In this document: positions 9,658 to 17,839 of the stretch, piece by piece
Layout: each line of letters starts with the position of its first letter
How positions within the stretch are numbered: position 1 is the stretch's first letter
Assembly: GCA_964396205.1 (NCBI GenBank)
Contig: CAYNEJ010000002.1
Span: forward strand, 2,631-66,630
Source of the DNA: an uncultured Syntrophaceae bacterium
Lineage (GTDB): Bacteria > Desulfobacterota > Syntrophia > Syntrophales > PHBD01
Direction of reading: 5' to 3'
DNA: 64,000 nucleotides
Made by a program: the position numbers and the translations under genes
Notes under the pieces: model-generated
What the model saw: only the letters and a program-made list of their open reading frames with translations
Told to the model about the DNA's origin: nothing
The model's database searches: none

Positions 9658-10377
9658 TCAGCCCCGACCCAGATACTTCTCCCGGTTCTCCAGGAAATTC
9701 CGGTAGAGCCGATAGTTCTCCGTGTCCTCGTATTTTACCGGTGCGATGGGAATGCGGTCGAAGCTGTAGATGACGGCCTCGGGGCAGGCCAGCAGGATCG
9801 GGGAATGGGTCGCCATGATGAACTGGGCATTCCCGGTGTGGCCCGCGGCGGCAAGAACCTCCAGCAACTCCAGCTGGGAGCGGGGCGAAAGGGCCGTTTC
9901 CGGCTCATCCATCAGATACAGGCCGCGGATGGCGTAGCGGGCGCGGAAGAAGGACAGCACCGACTGGCCGTGCGACTGGGTCAGAAAAGAGCGGCCCCCC
10001 AGGTAATCCAGCTGGCCCGGGTCCGCTGCCGCCCACTCCTCGATGATCCGTGCAAAGTCCCGAAACACGGAGGATCCGAAAAACGAACCCGGCACACGGC
10101 CGTCGGTCCATTCCACGGAGATATATTCGCAGAACCGCTTTTCATACGGATTGCGCCTGATCCGCCTTCCCTCGACGGCCTGCCAGATATGGATGCCGCA
10201 GCGCCGGGCGACGGCCTCCAGCAGGGTGGATTTGCCCGTACCGTTTTCCCCGGTGAAGAGCGTGACAGGGGCCTCGAAGCGGAGTTCCAGGGTCCGCTGG
10301 AAGGCGGGAAGGTGAAACGGATAGGTGTCCTTAACCGGGTAACGTTCCGGGTGGAATGAGACGCCCTTCAGGTGCAT
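9658..10377 (-). CDS. AAA/ABC-like ATPase (AAA_21-type), stand-alone
   Basis: Internal ATG 10377 of ORF 9658..11022. Walker A GENGTGKST, Walker B LYLMDEPETALSP, ATHSPILL. Confidence 0.8.
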   Translation of the reverse strand: MHLKGVSFHPERYPVKDTYPFHLPAFQRTLELRFEAPVTLFTGENGTGKSTLLEAVARRCGIHIWQAVEGRRIRRNPYEKRFCEYISVEWTDGRVPGSFFGSSVFRDFARIIEEWAAADPGQLDYLGGRSFLTQSHGQSVLSFFRARYAIRGLYLMDEPETALSPRSQLELLEVLAAAGHTGNAQFIMATHSPILLACPEAVIYSFDRIPIAPVKYEDTENYRLYRNFLENREKYLGRG

Positions 10378-11090
10378 GCCGGCTCCTTTCCTTTTCTGGC
10401 CTCCAGGATGATGTACGGACAGAGCGGGGAAGAGGAGGTGGCGATGTCCTCGAACCCGGCGTCGGCCGCAGCGGCGGCGAGATCCGGCCCGGAGCAGCCC
10501 CGGCCGAAGATGATGTTCCGGAGCCCCCAGAAGAGCAGGGGATCCAGCAGACGGTAGGGGCTCAACCGCTTCATGTAGATCCGGAGCTCTCTGTCCGTCG
10601 TCTCCCCGTCGGTCTCCGACAGGATGATCCACCCGCCGGGACGGAGGACGCGGCGGATTTCCGCCAGTCCCCGCCGCTTGTCCGGCCAGTGTTTGAAAGA
10701 CCCGACGGTCACGACGCCCGCGAAGGATGCATCCGCGAACGGGAGATCCATTGCATCCGCCTGTCGGAAACGGCAGTTCGTGACGCCCTTCTTCCGGCGC
10801 AGGCGCTCGGCAGAGCGGACCTGGGTGATGGAGTAATCGATGCCCGTGATCATCGCCTCCGGACGAAACGCCGCGAGGTTCAGGGCCACGTAGCCCCGGC
10901 CGGTGCCGACATCCAGGTATGCATCCGGGCGGCCGGAGGGCGCCCGCCTGGCGATGTCCTCGAACAGATCGAAGTTCGCCCCCTGGATGTGATGGTTGTA
11001 GACGGGGCCGAGGAGGTTCCACATCCAGCGGGCGTCCCGGGCCTTCGTGAGGATTCTTTTCAGCATGGCTTCGGCGGTGCCGCGGAACAA
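10368..11090 (-). CDS. class I SAM-dependent methyltransferase
   Basis: Motif I YLDVGTGRGYVA, plus RPGGWIILSE. Its 3' end overlaps the ATPase start by 10 nt. Confidence 0.85.
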   Translation of the reverse strand: MFRGTAEAMLKRILTKARDARWMWNLLGPVYNHHIQGANFDLFEDIARRAPSGRPDAYLDVGTGRGYVALNLAAFRPEAMITGIDYSITQVRSAERLRRKKGVTNCRFRQADAMDLPFADASFAGVVTVGSFKHWPDKRRGLAEIRRVLRPGGWIILSETDGETTDRELRIYMKRLSPYRLLDPLLFWGLRNIIFGRGCSGPDLAAAAADAGFEDIATSSSPLCPYIILEARKGKEPACT

Positions 11091-11101
11091 GGGGCGGGCC
11101 T

Positions 11102-13033
11102 TCAGATCTTCAGGCCGACGGTCAGGCCCTCCTCGACGGCCTCCCGGATCATGCGGGGCCGGACGCAGTCACCGATGGTGTAAACTTCCGGGGCCTTTCC
11201 CCGGAAGGCCTCGACAACCGCCGGGTCCAGGCGGAGACCCGCGGCCAGAACAACCGCGTCGCCCTCGATGAATTCGGGGGTTCCCTTCCGGTTCACCTTC
11301 ACGCCCTCCCCGGTGATCTCCTCGACGGTCGTCTGCGTCTCGAGGCGAACTCCCAGCATTTTCAGCATACCCAGGAAAAATGGCCGGTAGCTCGTGGAGA
11401 CGGTGGGCGCCAGGCGGTCCAGCATCTCCAGGACGGTGACGCTCGTGACGCCCCTGGACTTCGCAACCAGGAACTCCGCCGTCTCGCACCCCACCAGCCC
11501 GCCCCCGAGGATGATGACCCGGCCCTGGACGACTTTTTCCCCTGTCAGGACTTTTTCCGCCGGCACGACGTGGCCCGCCTCGACGCCGGGGATGTTCGGG
11601 ACGATGGGGGAGGCCCCCACGGCCAGGATCAGGGCCTCGGGCTGCTCCCGCTCCACGGTCCGCGGATCAAGCGCGGTTCCCAGGCGTATCTCGACGCCCG
11701 CCTTGCGGGCCCGCGCGACCAGGCTCCGGGTGAGGTTTGCGATTTCCTCCTTGTGGGGCGGCAGGCAGCCGATCCGCATCCATCCGCCCGGTTCCGGCTC
11801 CTTCTCGAAAAGCGTGACCCGGTGCCCCCGTTCCGCGGCCGTCAGGGCCGCCTGCAGGCCCGCGGGTCCGCCGCCGGCCACGAAGACCCGCTTTGCCTTG
11901 GCCGCGGGCGTGGAGACGTAGAGCAATTCCTTCCCCGTGCGCGGATTGACGGTGCACCCGGCGGACGCCCCGCAGTGGGGGTCCTTGTAGACGACCATGA
12001 TGTCGGAGAGGCAGTTCCCGCAGGCCAGGCAGGGCACGATCTCTTCGGCTCTCCCTTCCATTGCCTTGTTCGGAAGGTGCGGGTCGGCGATGAGAGCCCG
12101 TCCCATGCCCACGAAATCCGCCTGCCCCTCTGCAAGGATCCGCTCCGCCGTTTCCGGATCGTTGATCCGGTTGGAGGCGATGACGGGAATGCCGACGACG
12201 CTCCGGATCCGGCCGGCCAGGGGGGCGAAGGCCCCCTTCGGCACAATGGAGGCCACGGTGGGAACGCGCGATTCGTGCCATCCCGTGTAGGTGTTGATGA
12301 AGTTCAGGCCCGCCGCTTCCAGGGCCCGGGCCACGATGATCGACTCCTCGATGGTGTGTCCCCCGGGCATCTGCTCCTCCACGTTCAGGCGGACGCCCAG
12401 CGGGAAGTCGTCCCCCGCCTCCCGGCGGATGCTCGCGATGATTTCGAGGACGATGCGCATCCGGTTCTCCAGGCTTCCCCCGTACTTGTCTTCGCGCTGG
12501 TTCGTGATGGGAGACAGGAAGCGGTTCAGCAGGTAACCGGCTCCGACAATGAACTCCAGGGCGTCGAAGCCTCCCTGGCGGGCCCGCCCGGCGGCCTTTC
12601 CGTAATCCTCCACGAGCCCCTGGATTTCATCGATCGTGAGGGCCCGGGGGGTTCCCCGCATCATCTGGTTCGGAATCGCCGAGGGGCCGACAAGCTCGGG
12701 CATGTCGTCCCGGAAAACCATGTGGTAGGACGTGATGAGCTGGCAGGCGGCCTTTGCCCCGTGAGCCCGGATGGCCTCCGTGACCCGCCGGATTCCCGGG
12801 AGATAGCGGTCGTCGAAGACGCCCGGCGCCATGTGCGATCCGGCGTACATGGGGCTGAAGGGGATGATGATCATGCCGGCGCCGCCCCTTGCCCGCTCGG
12901 CGAAGTAGGCGATGAAGCGGTCCCCGACGGTCCCGTCGGGCTCCGAGTATCCCATGGTCATGGGAAGCATGACGATGCGGTTCCTGATTTCCAGGTTTCC
13001 GATGCGTCCGGGGGTGAACAGGTTCTGGAACAT
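11102..13033 (-). CDS. Old-Yellow-Enzyme-family NADH:flavin oxidoreductase fused to FAD/NAD(P) domain (2,4-dienoyl-CoA reductase-like)
   Basis: N-terminal TIM-barrel OYE pattern (LFTPGRIGNLEIRNRIVMLPM). A Cys cluster (CLACGNC...C) and the C-terminal Rossmann motif VFVAGGGPAGL. Confidence 0.9.
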   Translation of the reverse strand: MFQNLFTPGRIGNLEIRNRIVMLPMTMGYSEPDGTVGDRFIAYFAERARGGAGMIIIPFSPMYAGSHMAPGVFDDRYLPGIRRVTEAIRAHGAKAACQLITSYHMVFRDDMPELVGPSAIPNQMMRGTPRALTIDEIQGLVEDYGKAAGRARQGGFDALEFIVGAGYLLNRFLSPITNQREDKYGGSLENRMRIVLEIIASIRREAGDDFPLGVRLNVEEQMPGGHTIEESIIVARALEAAGLNFINTYTGWHESRVPTVASIVPKGAFAPLAGRIRSVVGIPVIASNRINDPETAERILAEGQADFVGMGRALIADPHLPNKAMEGRAEEIVPCLACGNCLSDIMVVYKDPHCGASAGCTVNPRTGKELLYVSTPAAKAKRVFVAGGGPAGLQAALTAAERGHRVTLFEKEPEPGGWMRIGCLPPHKEEIANLTRSLVARARKAGVEIRLGTALDPRTVEREQPEALILAVGASPIVPNIPGVEAGHVVPAEKVLTGEKVVQGRVIILGGGLVGCETAEFLVAKSRGVTSVTVLEMLDRLAPTVSTSYRPFFLGMLKMLGVRLETQTTVEEITGEGVKVNRKGTPEFIEGDAVVLAAGLRLDPAVVEAFRGKAPEVYTIGDCVRPRMIREAVEEGLTVGLKI

Positions 13034-13308
13034 TTCCTTCTCCTTTCGATTGGCTCCGAGACGGAATGAGCATCCGGTACGTGAATCGGCTGCTTTCGGG
13101 CGTTCGAGGAGCCGTCCGTCAGGATTCCATACCTGAATCCGGGTCGTGCTTCAATCCCTGATGACGTCGACCGGCATGATTTCCCCGGCCGACCCGGCCA
13201 TGCACACGGGCGACATGCCGTCTCCCCCGGCGCCCTCTCTTTTCTTCCCGCGTCCTCGCCACGGTATCCGTGAAGATGTTCAGGATTGTTTATAGAAAAG
13301 GATATGGA

Positions 13309-13324
13309 TGTGATCTTCATCACA
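13309..13324. promoter_or_regulatory. perfect CRP/HcpR-type palindrome TGTGA-N6-TCACA
   Basis: TGTGAtcttcaTCACA read directly. It sits in an AT-rich stretch, with TAATAT at 13344-13349 placing the site near -41.5. It is 97 nt upstream of GTG 13421. Confidence 0.55.
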
Positions 13325-13420
13325 GACATCAACTGCATTTTCATAATATTCGGCGTGGGAATTCGAAATGGCAGGGGGATTCAGAAGGTGGAGTCACCCG
13401 GACCGGAGGCGGAGGAGGCG

Positions 13421-13621
13421 GTGGGAGAAAAGCTGGTGCGCATCTATGAACTCGTGACCGAGAAGACCGGTCTCCATGGCAGGCTCGAACTTGCCGTGAA
13501 AACAGGGATATCCATGAGCAAGGCCGTCGAGGTGGAGGATACGGAAGAGCTCGTGCACAGGTTCAAAAATGCGGCAAGTGATGTCTACGAAGCGTTTTGC
13601 GGAAAAAAGCGTCATAACTGA
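13421..13621 (+). CDS. 66-aa protein, paralog 1 (HTH-like core ELAVKTGIS)
   Basis: GTG 13421 after GGAGGAGG. Colinear with the 66-aa ORF 15004..15204, with 29/66 identical ungapped by my count. Confidence 0.7.
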   Translation: MGEKLVRIYELVTEKTGLHGRLELAVKTGISMSKAVEVEDTEELVHRFKNAASDVYEAFCGKKRHN

Positions 13622-13632
13622 TCCGGCAGGAG

Positions 13633-14514
13633 ATGGGGCCCGTGGAAAGCGCGACCAGGAGAGATCTCAAGTTGATCGTGGACAACGAAGACTTCGCGGA
13701 AGGCCTGTCGCAAGCGGACAGGCCGGCCTCTAAAGAGGAAATGCACCGCTGGCCGATCTGCGGCCTGCCGGTGGGGAGCTTCCTGCAGGTGATCGCCATG
13801 GACCAGCAGACCTGCATCCTGGAAGTCTATCAGAGCGCCGATCGCCAGGGCCGCTTCTGCTTTGTTCAGGGATCCCTTTATGACGCTGTCTGCAACAGCC
13901 TGGAGGGAGAAGAGGCCGCGCTGGAGATGGTGTCCTGGGAGAGCGTCCGCCTCAACATCCGGCAGATTGTCGATGCCGGCGGCTTTGCGAAGAAGATCGA
14001 CAAGAGCCTCATGTCGATCCTGATGGAATCTTCAAGGCGCCGCGATGAGGCGGCGGACGCGCACGGCGGCACCGAGAAGGAGAAAACCGCGGCGGAGGAC
14101 CCTGGCGGCGGGGGGGAAGAATTCAAGAAATGCCTCCGCATTCTTCGGGAGGACATGGGGGATGCGCTCATCTCGGCAAGCGTTGCCGACCTTTCCACGG
14201 GGAACGTCCTGGCGTCGCATCACAACCGAAAAACGCTGGAAACCGCACAGCTTTTCATGAAGCTGACGGCTTCCCTCCGGATGGCCTTCGAAAGAGATCC
14301 CGAACAGAAGCGGCTCGGCGGCCATTACATCCTGAACCTCAGGGAAGGGCAGACGCTCATGGTCCTGCTCTTCGACGAGCATCAGCTGGGTCTCCTGTTC
14401 GACAACGCCAAATGCTCATTGGGCCTTGTCCTGAATGCCATTGTTCCAAAGGTTGCCAGGGCATTCCAGGAATGCGGCTGTTCAGCCGCCTCCCGGGATG
14501 CACGGTCCGGATGA
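13633..14514 (+). CDS. PATAN/DUF4388 domain protein fused to a Roadblock/LC7-like domain
   Basis: N-terminal half GLPVGSFLQVIAMDQQTCILEVY...GRFCFVQGSLYDA...GEEAALEMVSWESVRLNI fits DUF4388. The C-terminal half is colinear with the 124-aa downstream protein. Confidence 0.8.
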   Translation: MGPVESATRRDLKLIVDNEDFAEGLSQADRPASKEEMHRWPICGLPVGSFLQVIAMDQQTCILEVYQSADRQGRFCFVQGSLYDAVCNSLEGEEAALEMVSWESVRLNIRQIVDAGGFAKKIDKSLMSILMESSRRRDEAADAHGGTEKEKTAAEDPGGGGEEFKKCLRILREDMGDALISASVADLSTGNVLASHHNRKTLETAQLFMKLTASLRMAFERDPEQKRLGGHYILNLREGQTLMVLLFDEHQLGLLFDNAKCSLGLVLNAIVPKVARAFQECGCSAASRDARSG

Positions 14515-14610
14515 CCGACGGGCGAGGGGGCCGTGTCGAGGGGTCCCCCGGAAGATGGGTGTCGAGCGGCTGTTCAGTAAACAATTCAATATTTCTAAAG
14601 AGGAGGCGTG

Positions 14611-14982
14611 ATGAACATACAGAAATTGAATGGTTGTCTGGAAGGATTGAGGAAGGACCTGGGGGACGGTCTCCTGGCATCGAGCATCGTCTCCACGGAG
14701 GACGGACAGGTACTCGTGGCGACGGAAAGATCCAACACGGCCGGGGCCACCCTGCTGAATGAAATTACGGCCTCCATCCGTGATGGCCTGAAGACATACC
14801 CCGTGGAGCTGGGACAGTACTATTACATCGATGTCGCGGGGAACATGGGCATTCTCGCCATTCCCTTCGGGGACTACCAGTGGGCGATCGTCGTCAACAA
14901 GAAGCAGGTCAAGCTGGGACTGCTGTTGAATGTCGTGCTGCCCAGCATCATCAATGCATTCGAAGATGCAGTCGTGTCTTAG
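14611..14982 (+). CDS. Roadblock/LC7-like protein (divergent)
   Basis: ATG 14611 after AGGAGG. LGDGLLASSIVSTEDGQVLVA...LGLLLNVVLP, paralogous to the C-terminal half of 13633..14514. Confidence 0.75.
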   Translation: MNIQKLNGCLEGLRKDLGDGLLASSIVSTEDGQVLVATERSNTAGATLLNEITASIRDGLKTYPVELGQYYYIDVAGNMGILAIPFGDYQWAIVVNKKQVKLGLLLNVVLPSIINAFEDAVVS

Positions 14983-15003
14983 AAAAGGCGGAGGGGAGGG
15001 ACG

Positions 15004-15204
15004 ATGGGAGAAAAAATGGTTCGGATCTTTGAGATTGTCATGGAGCAGGCGGGTCTGAAAGGGCGCATGGAGCTGGCGACCCGGACGGGAATATCCCAGA
15101 CCATGGCGGCCCAGATGAAGGATACCGAGGAGTTGGTAAAAAAATTAAAGGAAAACGCCAACTTGATCCTTGATCGGAGCAACCTGAATACCATCGGCCA
15201 TTGA
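15004..15204 (+). CDS. 66-aa protein, paralog 2
   Basis: ATG after GGAGGGGAGGG. MGEKMVRIFEIVMEQAGLKGRMELATRTGISQ...DTEELV matches 13421..13621. Confidence 0.75.
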   Translation: MGEKMVRIFEIVMEQAGLKGRMELATRTGISQTMAAQMKDTEELVKKLKENANLILDRSNLNTIGH

Positions 15205-15338
15205 TGAACGACGCTTCGCGGAGGGCCCTTGCGAGGGTCACGCCGGGTCGCGCCGCCGGTCATGAAGCCGAGAGGAGATGAAATGAATGCCGAGCAATCC
15301 CTTCACAGGGGGACCTGCCGTCGGCGGGAGAGACAACC

Positions 15339-15728
15339 GTGAGTCTGATCCTGGGTCGGCAGCATCTTGATAAGATCCAGGACTCCCTGCAGAAGAACCT
15401 GATCGGGTCGGGTGTCCGGAATGCCATGCTGATCGATATGGCCGGCAACGTCATTGTGACGGTCGACAACGGCGGGGAGGCGCGCGACATGTATTCGCTG
15501 GCCGCGCTGGCGGCGGCCAATTTCGGGGCCATGTGCAGCATGGCCCGGATCGTCGGGGAGGATGAATTCTCCCTCCTGTTTCACAAGGGGCAAAAAGAAA
15601 ACATCTATTTCACCAGGGTGAACGACGAGTTTCTCCTGATCAACATCTTCAACAACGAAGTGACCCTGGGATTTCTCAGGCTGAAAATGGCCCAGGTCAT
15701 CGAAGAATTGTCCCGTGTTCTGGACTGA
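15339..15728 (+). CDS. mglB: MglB-type Roadblock/LC7 GTPase-activating protein
   Basis: LAALAAANFGAMCSMARIVGEDEFSLLFHKGQKENIYF...VTLGFLRLKM is colinear with the Myxococcus MglB core as I remember it. Confidence 0.85.
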   Translation: MSLILGRQHLDKIQDSLQKNLIGSGVRNAMLIDMAGNVIVTVDNGGEARDMYSLAALAAANFGAMCSMARIVGEDEFSLLFHKGQKENIYFTRVNDEFLLINIFNNEVTLGFLRLKMAQVIEELSRVLD

Positions 15729-15800
15729 GATCCTTTCATCCGGCCGCCGTCAGGCCGGATGAGCAAGGCATGTGAGGCATCAGGCGGGGAGGAAACGGAT

Positions 15801-16421
15801 TTGGCATTCATCAACCTGAAGGACCGGGTCATTCAAGCCAAGATTGTCTACTACGGTCCCGGGCGATGCGGGAAAACGACCAATCTGGAATTCATCTACA
15901 GCAAGTGCCGCGAGCAGATCAATTCCGAGATGGTGACGGTCAAGACGCAGGGTGACCGCACCCTGTTCTTCGATTTCTTCCCGTTCGATATCGGAAAAAT
16001 CGCCGGATACGATGTGAAAATCCAGCTGTACACCGTTCCCGGCCAGGTGAAGTACAATTCAACGAGACGGCTGGTGCTCAAAGGCGTGGACGGCGTCGTG
16101 TTCGTGGCGGATTCCGAGGCGGAGCGGCGAAGCAAGAATGTGGCCTCCCTGATGAATCTCCAGGAGAACCTTGCCCTTTACAACAAGAACATTTTCGAGA
16201 TGCCGCTGGTCATGCAGTACAACAAACGGGACCTTGAAAAGCAGGGGATCGAGACGCTGGATATCGAGACCCTGGAGAAAGATCTCAACGATGTGCTGAA
16301 GGCACCGTCATTCGGGGCCAGTGCGCTGGACGGAGACAATATCGTTGCGACCCTGAAGAAAATCATATCGCTGACCATGTACTCCCTGGAAAAGGAACTG
16401 GAGAACGGGGATTGGCAATGA
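15801..16421 (+). CDS. mglA: MglA-family Ras-like small GTPase
   Basis: P-loop YYGPGRCGKTT, switch I DRTLFFDF, switch II YTVPGQV, and NKRD. TTG 15801 (after GGGGAGGA) aligns with the Myxococcus MglA N-terminus (SFIN...). ATG 15759 is the track alternative. Confidence 0.9.
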   Translation: MAFINLKDRVIQAKIVYYGPGRCGKTTNLEFIYSKCREQINSEMVTVKTQGDRTLFFDFFPFDIGKIAGYDVKIQLYTVPGQVKYNSTRRLVLKGVDGVVFVADSEAERRSKNVASLMNLQENLALYNKNIFEMPLVMQYNKRDLEKQGIETLDIETLEKDLNDVLKAPSFGASALDGDNIVATLKKIISLTMYSLEKELENGDWQ

Positions 16422-17569
16422 AAGAGTCGTCATTCGTTCGGGAAGTGGAAGATCGTCTGGATGTCCTGTTCGGGATCGGCTTGGATTCCTCGGATCGCGG
16501 CGGGAAAGCGGGACCGGATCACGGGAATGCCAGGACCATTCTGGAAAGCATCACCGCCGAATCCGCCGGGGAGAACTTGGAAGCCACGGCGGTTCTGAAC
16601 ATGGACGATCCGTTGAACGGCAGGGAAGACTCCGTGCCGCCCGGTCAGGAGAAACGATATCACGTCCTTTTGGAGGAAGCCGGGGAGGAGGCGGATCCGG
16701 AACCCGGGGCCGTCGATCACCCCGTTCTCGAGGAAATCTCCGCCGTCACCGAGCCGCCCGAGCCGGACGCGGACGGGGGCCGGCGCTTCGAGCGCATTTT
16801 CGGTGATATCGGATCGTACACGCCGGCGCTGTTTTCCCCGCTTAAGAACCTGAAAGGCATTCTCCTGTCCCTGGAGTGGGAAATCAGCGATCCCCTGTTG
16901 AACAGGCTGGACGTGGAGCTGAACGGATTGCAGGAGCTGTATCGCCACGAGCGGACCATTCTCGGCTTCCTGCGGATTCTTCGCTTCCTGGAACGCTACA
17001 TCCGGGTCAAGCGGGGGGATTCCCATACCGAGTCCGTCAAACTGCTTTTTTCCGTCTACGACGACCTGGAGCGGGTCATTCTGTCCAAAACCATGGTGGA
17101 AGAAATAAAGCGGTCCATCCTGGTGGTCGATATCGGGAAATACAGGGATTGGGTGGAGAACATCGACCTCTCCTTCTGTACCGGGCCGGGCGCCGGGGAT
17201 AGCGGCGCCCCCGCGATTGCGGAAGAACCGGACGACGCGTCCGGGGTCCTGCCGTCTTTCGGCATGGAGGACGCCCTGCCTGCGATGGAGCCGTCCCTGC
17301 CTGCGATGGAGCCCCCGCTTGTGATGGAGCCCCCGCTGCCTGTGATGGAGCCCCCCCCGGGCCCCGCTCCCGGTGTGCTGCCGTCTGCCGAAGCCGGAGT
17401 CGAACGGTCCGCTGACGGAAGCGAAAGCGCCGGGACGGACCTCTCCGCCGTGCTGAAAACGATGGCACCGCACGAGGCCTTTGCCTTTGCCCTGGAGGAG
17501 ATGAAAAAAACGATCCATGACGAGTTCGAGGCGCTCCGGGCGGAGATTCGGATCCGGGGGGCGCGTTGA
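16418..17569 (+). CDS. acidic/proline-rich hypothetical protein with helical core and LPAMEP repeats
   Basis: ATG 16418 overlaps the mglA stop (ATGA). No family recognised. The central region LLSLEWEISDPLLNRLDVELNGLQELY... looks helical. Confidence 0.7.
   Translation: MKESSFVREVEDRLDVLFGIGLDSSDRGGKAGPDHGNARTILESITAESAGENLEATAVLNMDDPLNGREDSVPPGQEKRYHVLLEEAGEEADPEPGAVDHPVLEEISAVTEPPEPDADGGRRFERIFGDIGSYTPALFSPLKNLKGILLSLEWEISDPLLNRLDVELNGLQELYRHERTILGFLRILRFLERYIRVKRGDSHTESVKLLFSVYDDLERVILSKTMVEEIKRSILVVDIGKYRDWVENIDLSFCTGPGAGDSGAPAIAEEPDDASGVLPSFGMEDALPAMEPSLPAMEPPLVMEPPLPVMEPPPGPAPGVLPSAEAGVERSADGSESAGTDLSAVLKTMAPHEAFAFALEEMKKTIHDEFEALRAEIRIRGAR
17276..17356 (+). repeat. four tandem 18-21 nt coding repeats (LPAMEP-type)
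   Basis: ctgcctgcgatggagccgtcc / ctgcctgcgatggagcccccg / cttgtgatggagcccccg / ctgcctgtgatggagcccccc. Confidence 0.85.
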
Positions 17570-17587
17570 CGTGCACGGGTGACGGGG

Positions 17588-17752
17588 GCTGCCGAAAATG
17601 ATCGTGTTCTGCGAGGAGTGCGGGGAGAGAATCATCATTGAACCCGAGGAGATAAGGGAATCGGTGATGGTCATCATCTGCAGGGTCTGCAGGGACGTCA
17701 TCCGGATCACCGTTCCGAATGCGGCGAGGCAGGAGCAGCGGATTCAAAAACC
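17588..17752 (+). CDS. 54-aa MJ0042-type zinc-ribbon protein
   Basis: Below the ORF-track size cut-off. MIVFCEECGERIIIEPEEIRESVMVIICRVCRDVIRI... has two CxxC pairs. Confidence 0.6.
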
Positions 17753-17839
17753 TGAGAAATGAGCCGCGCATCGGATTCACTCCGGCGCTCGCCGGCGTGA
17801 TGACCGCATGCCGGGACGCAAAGGAGTCAAGGGGAAGAG

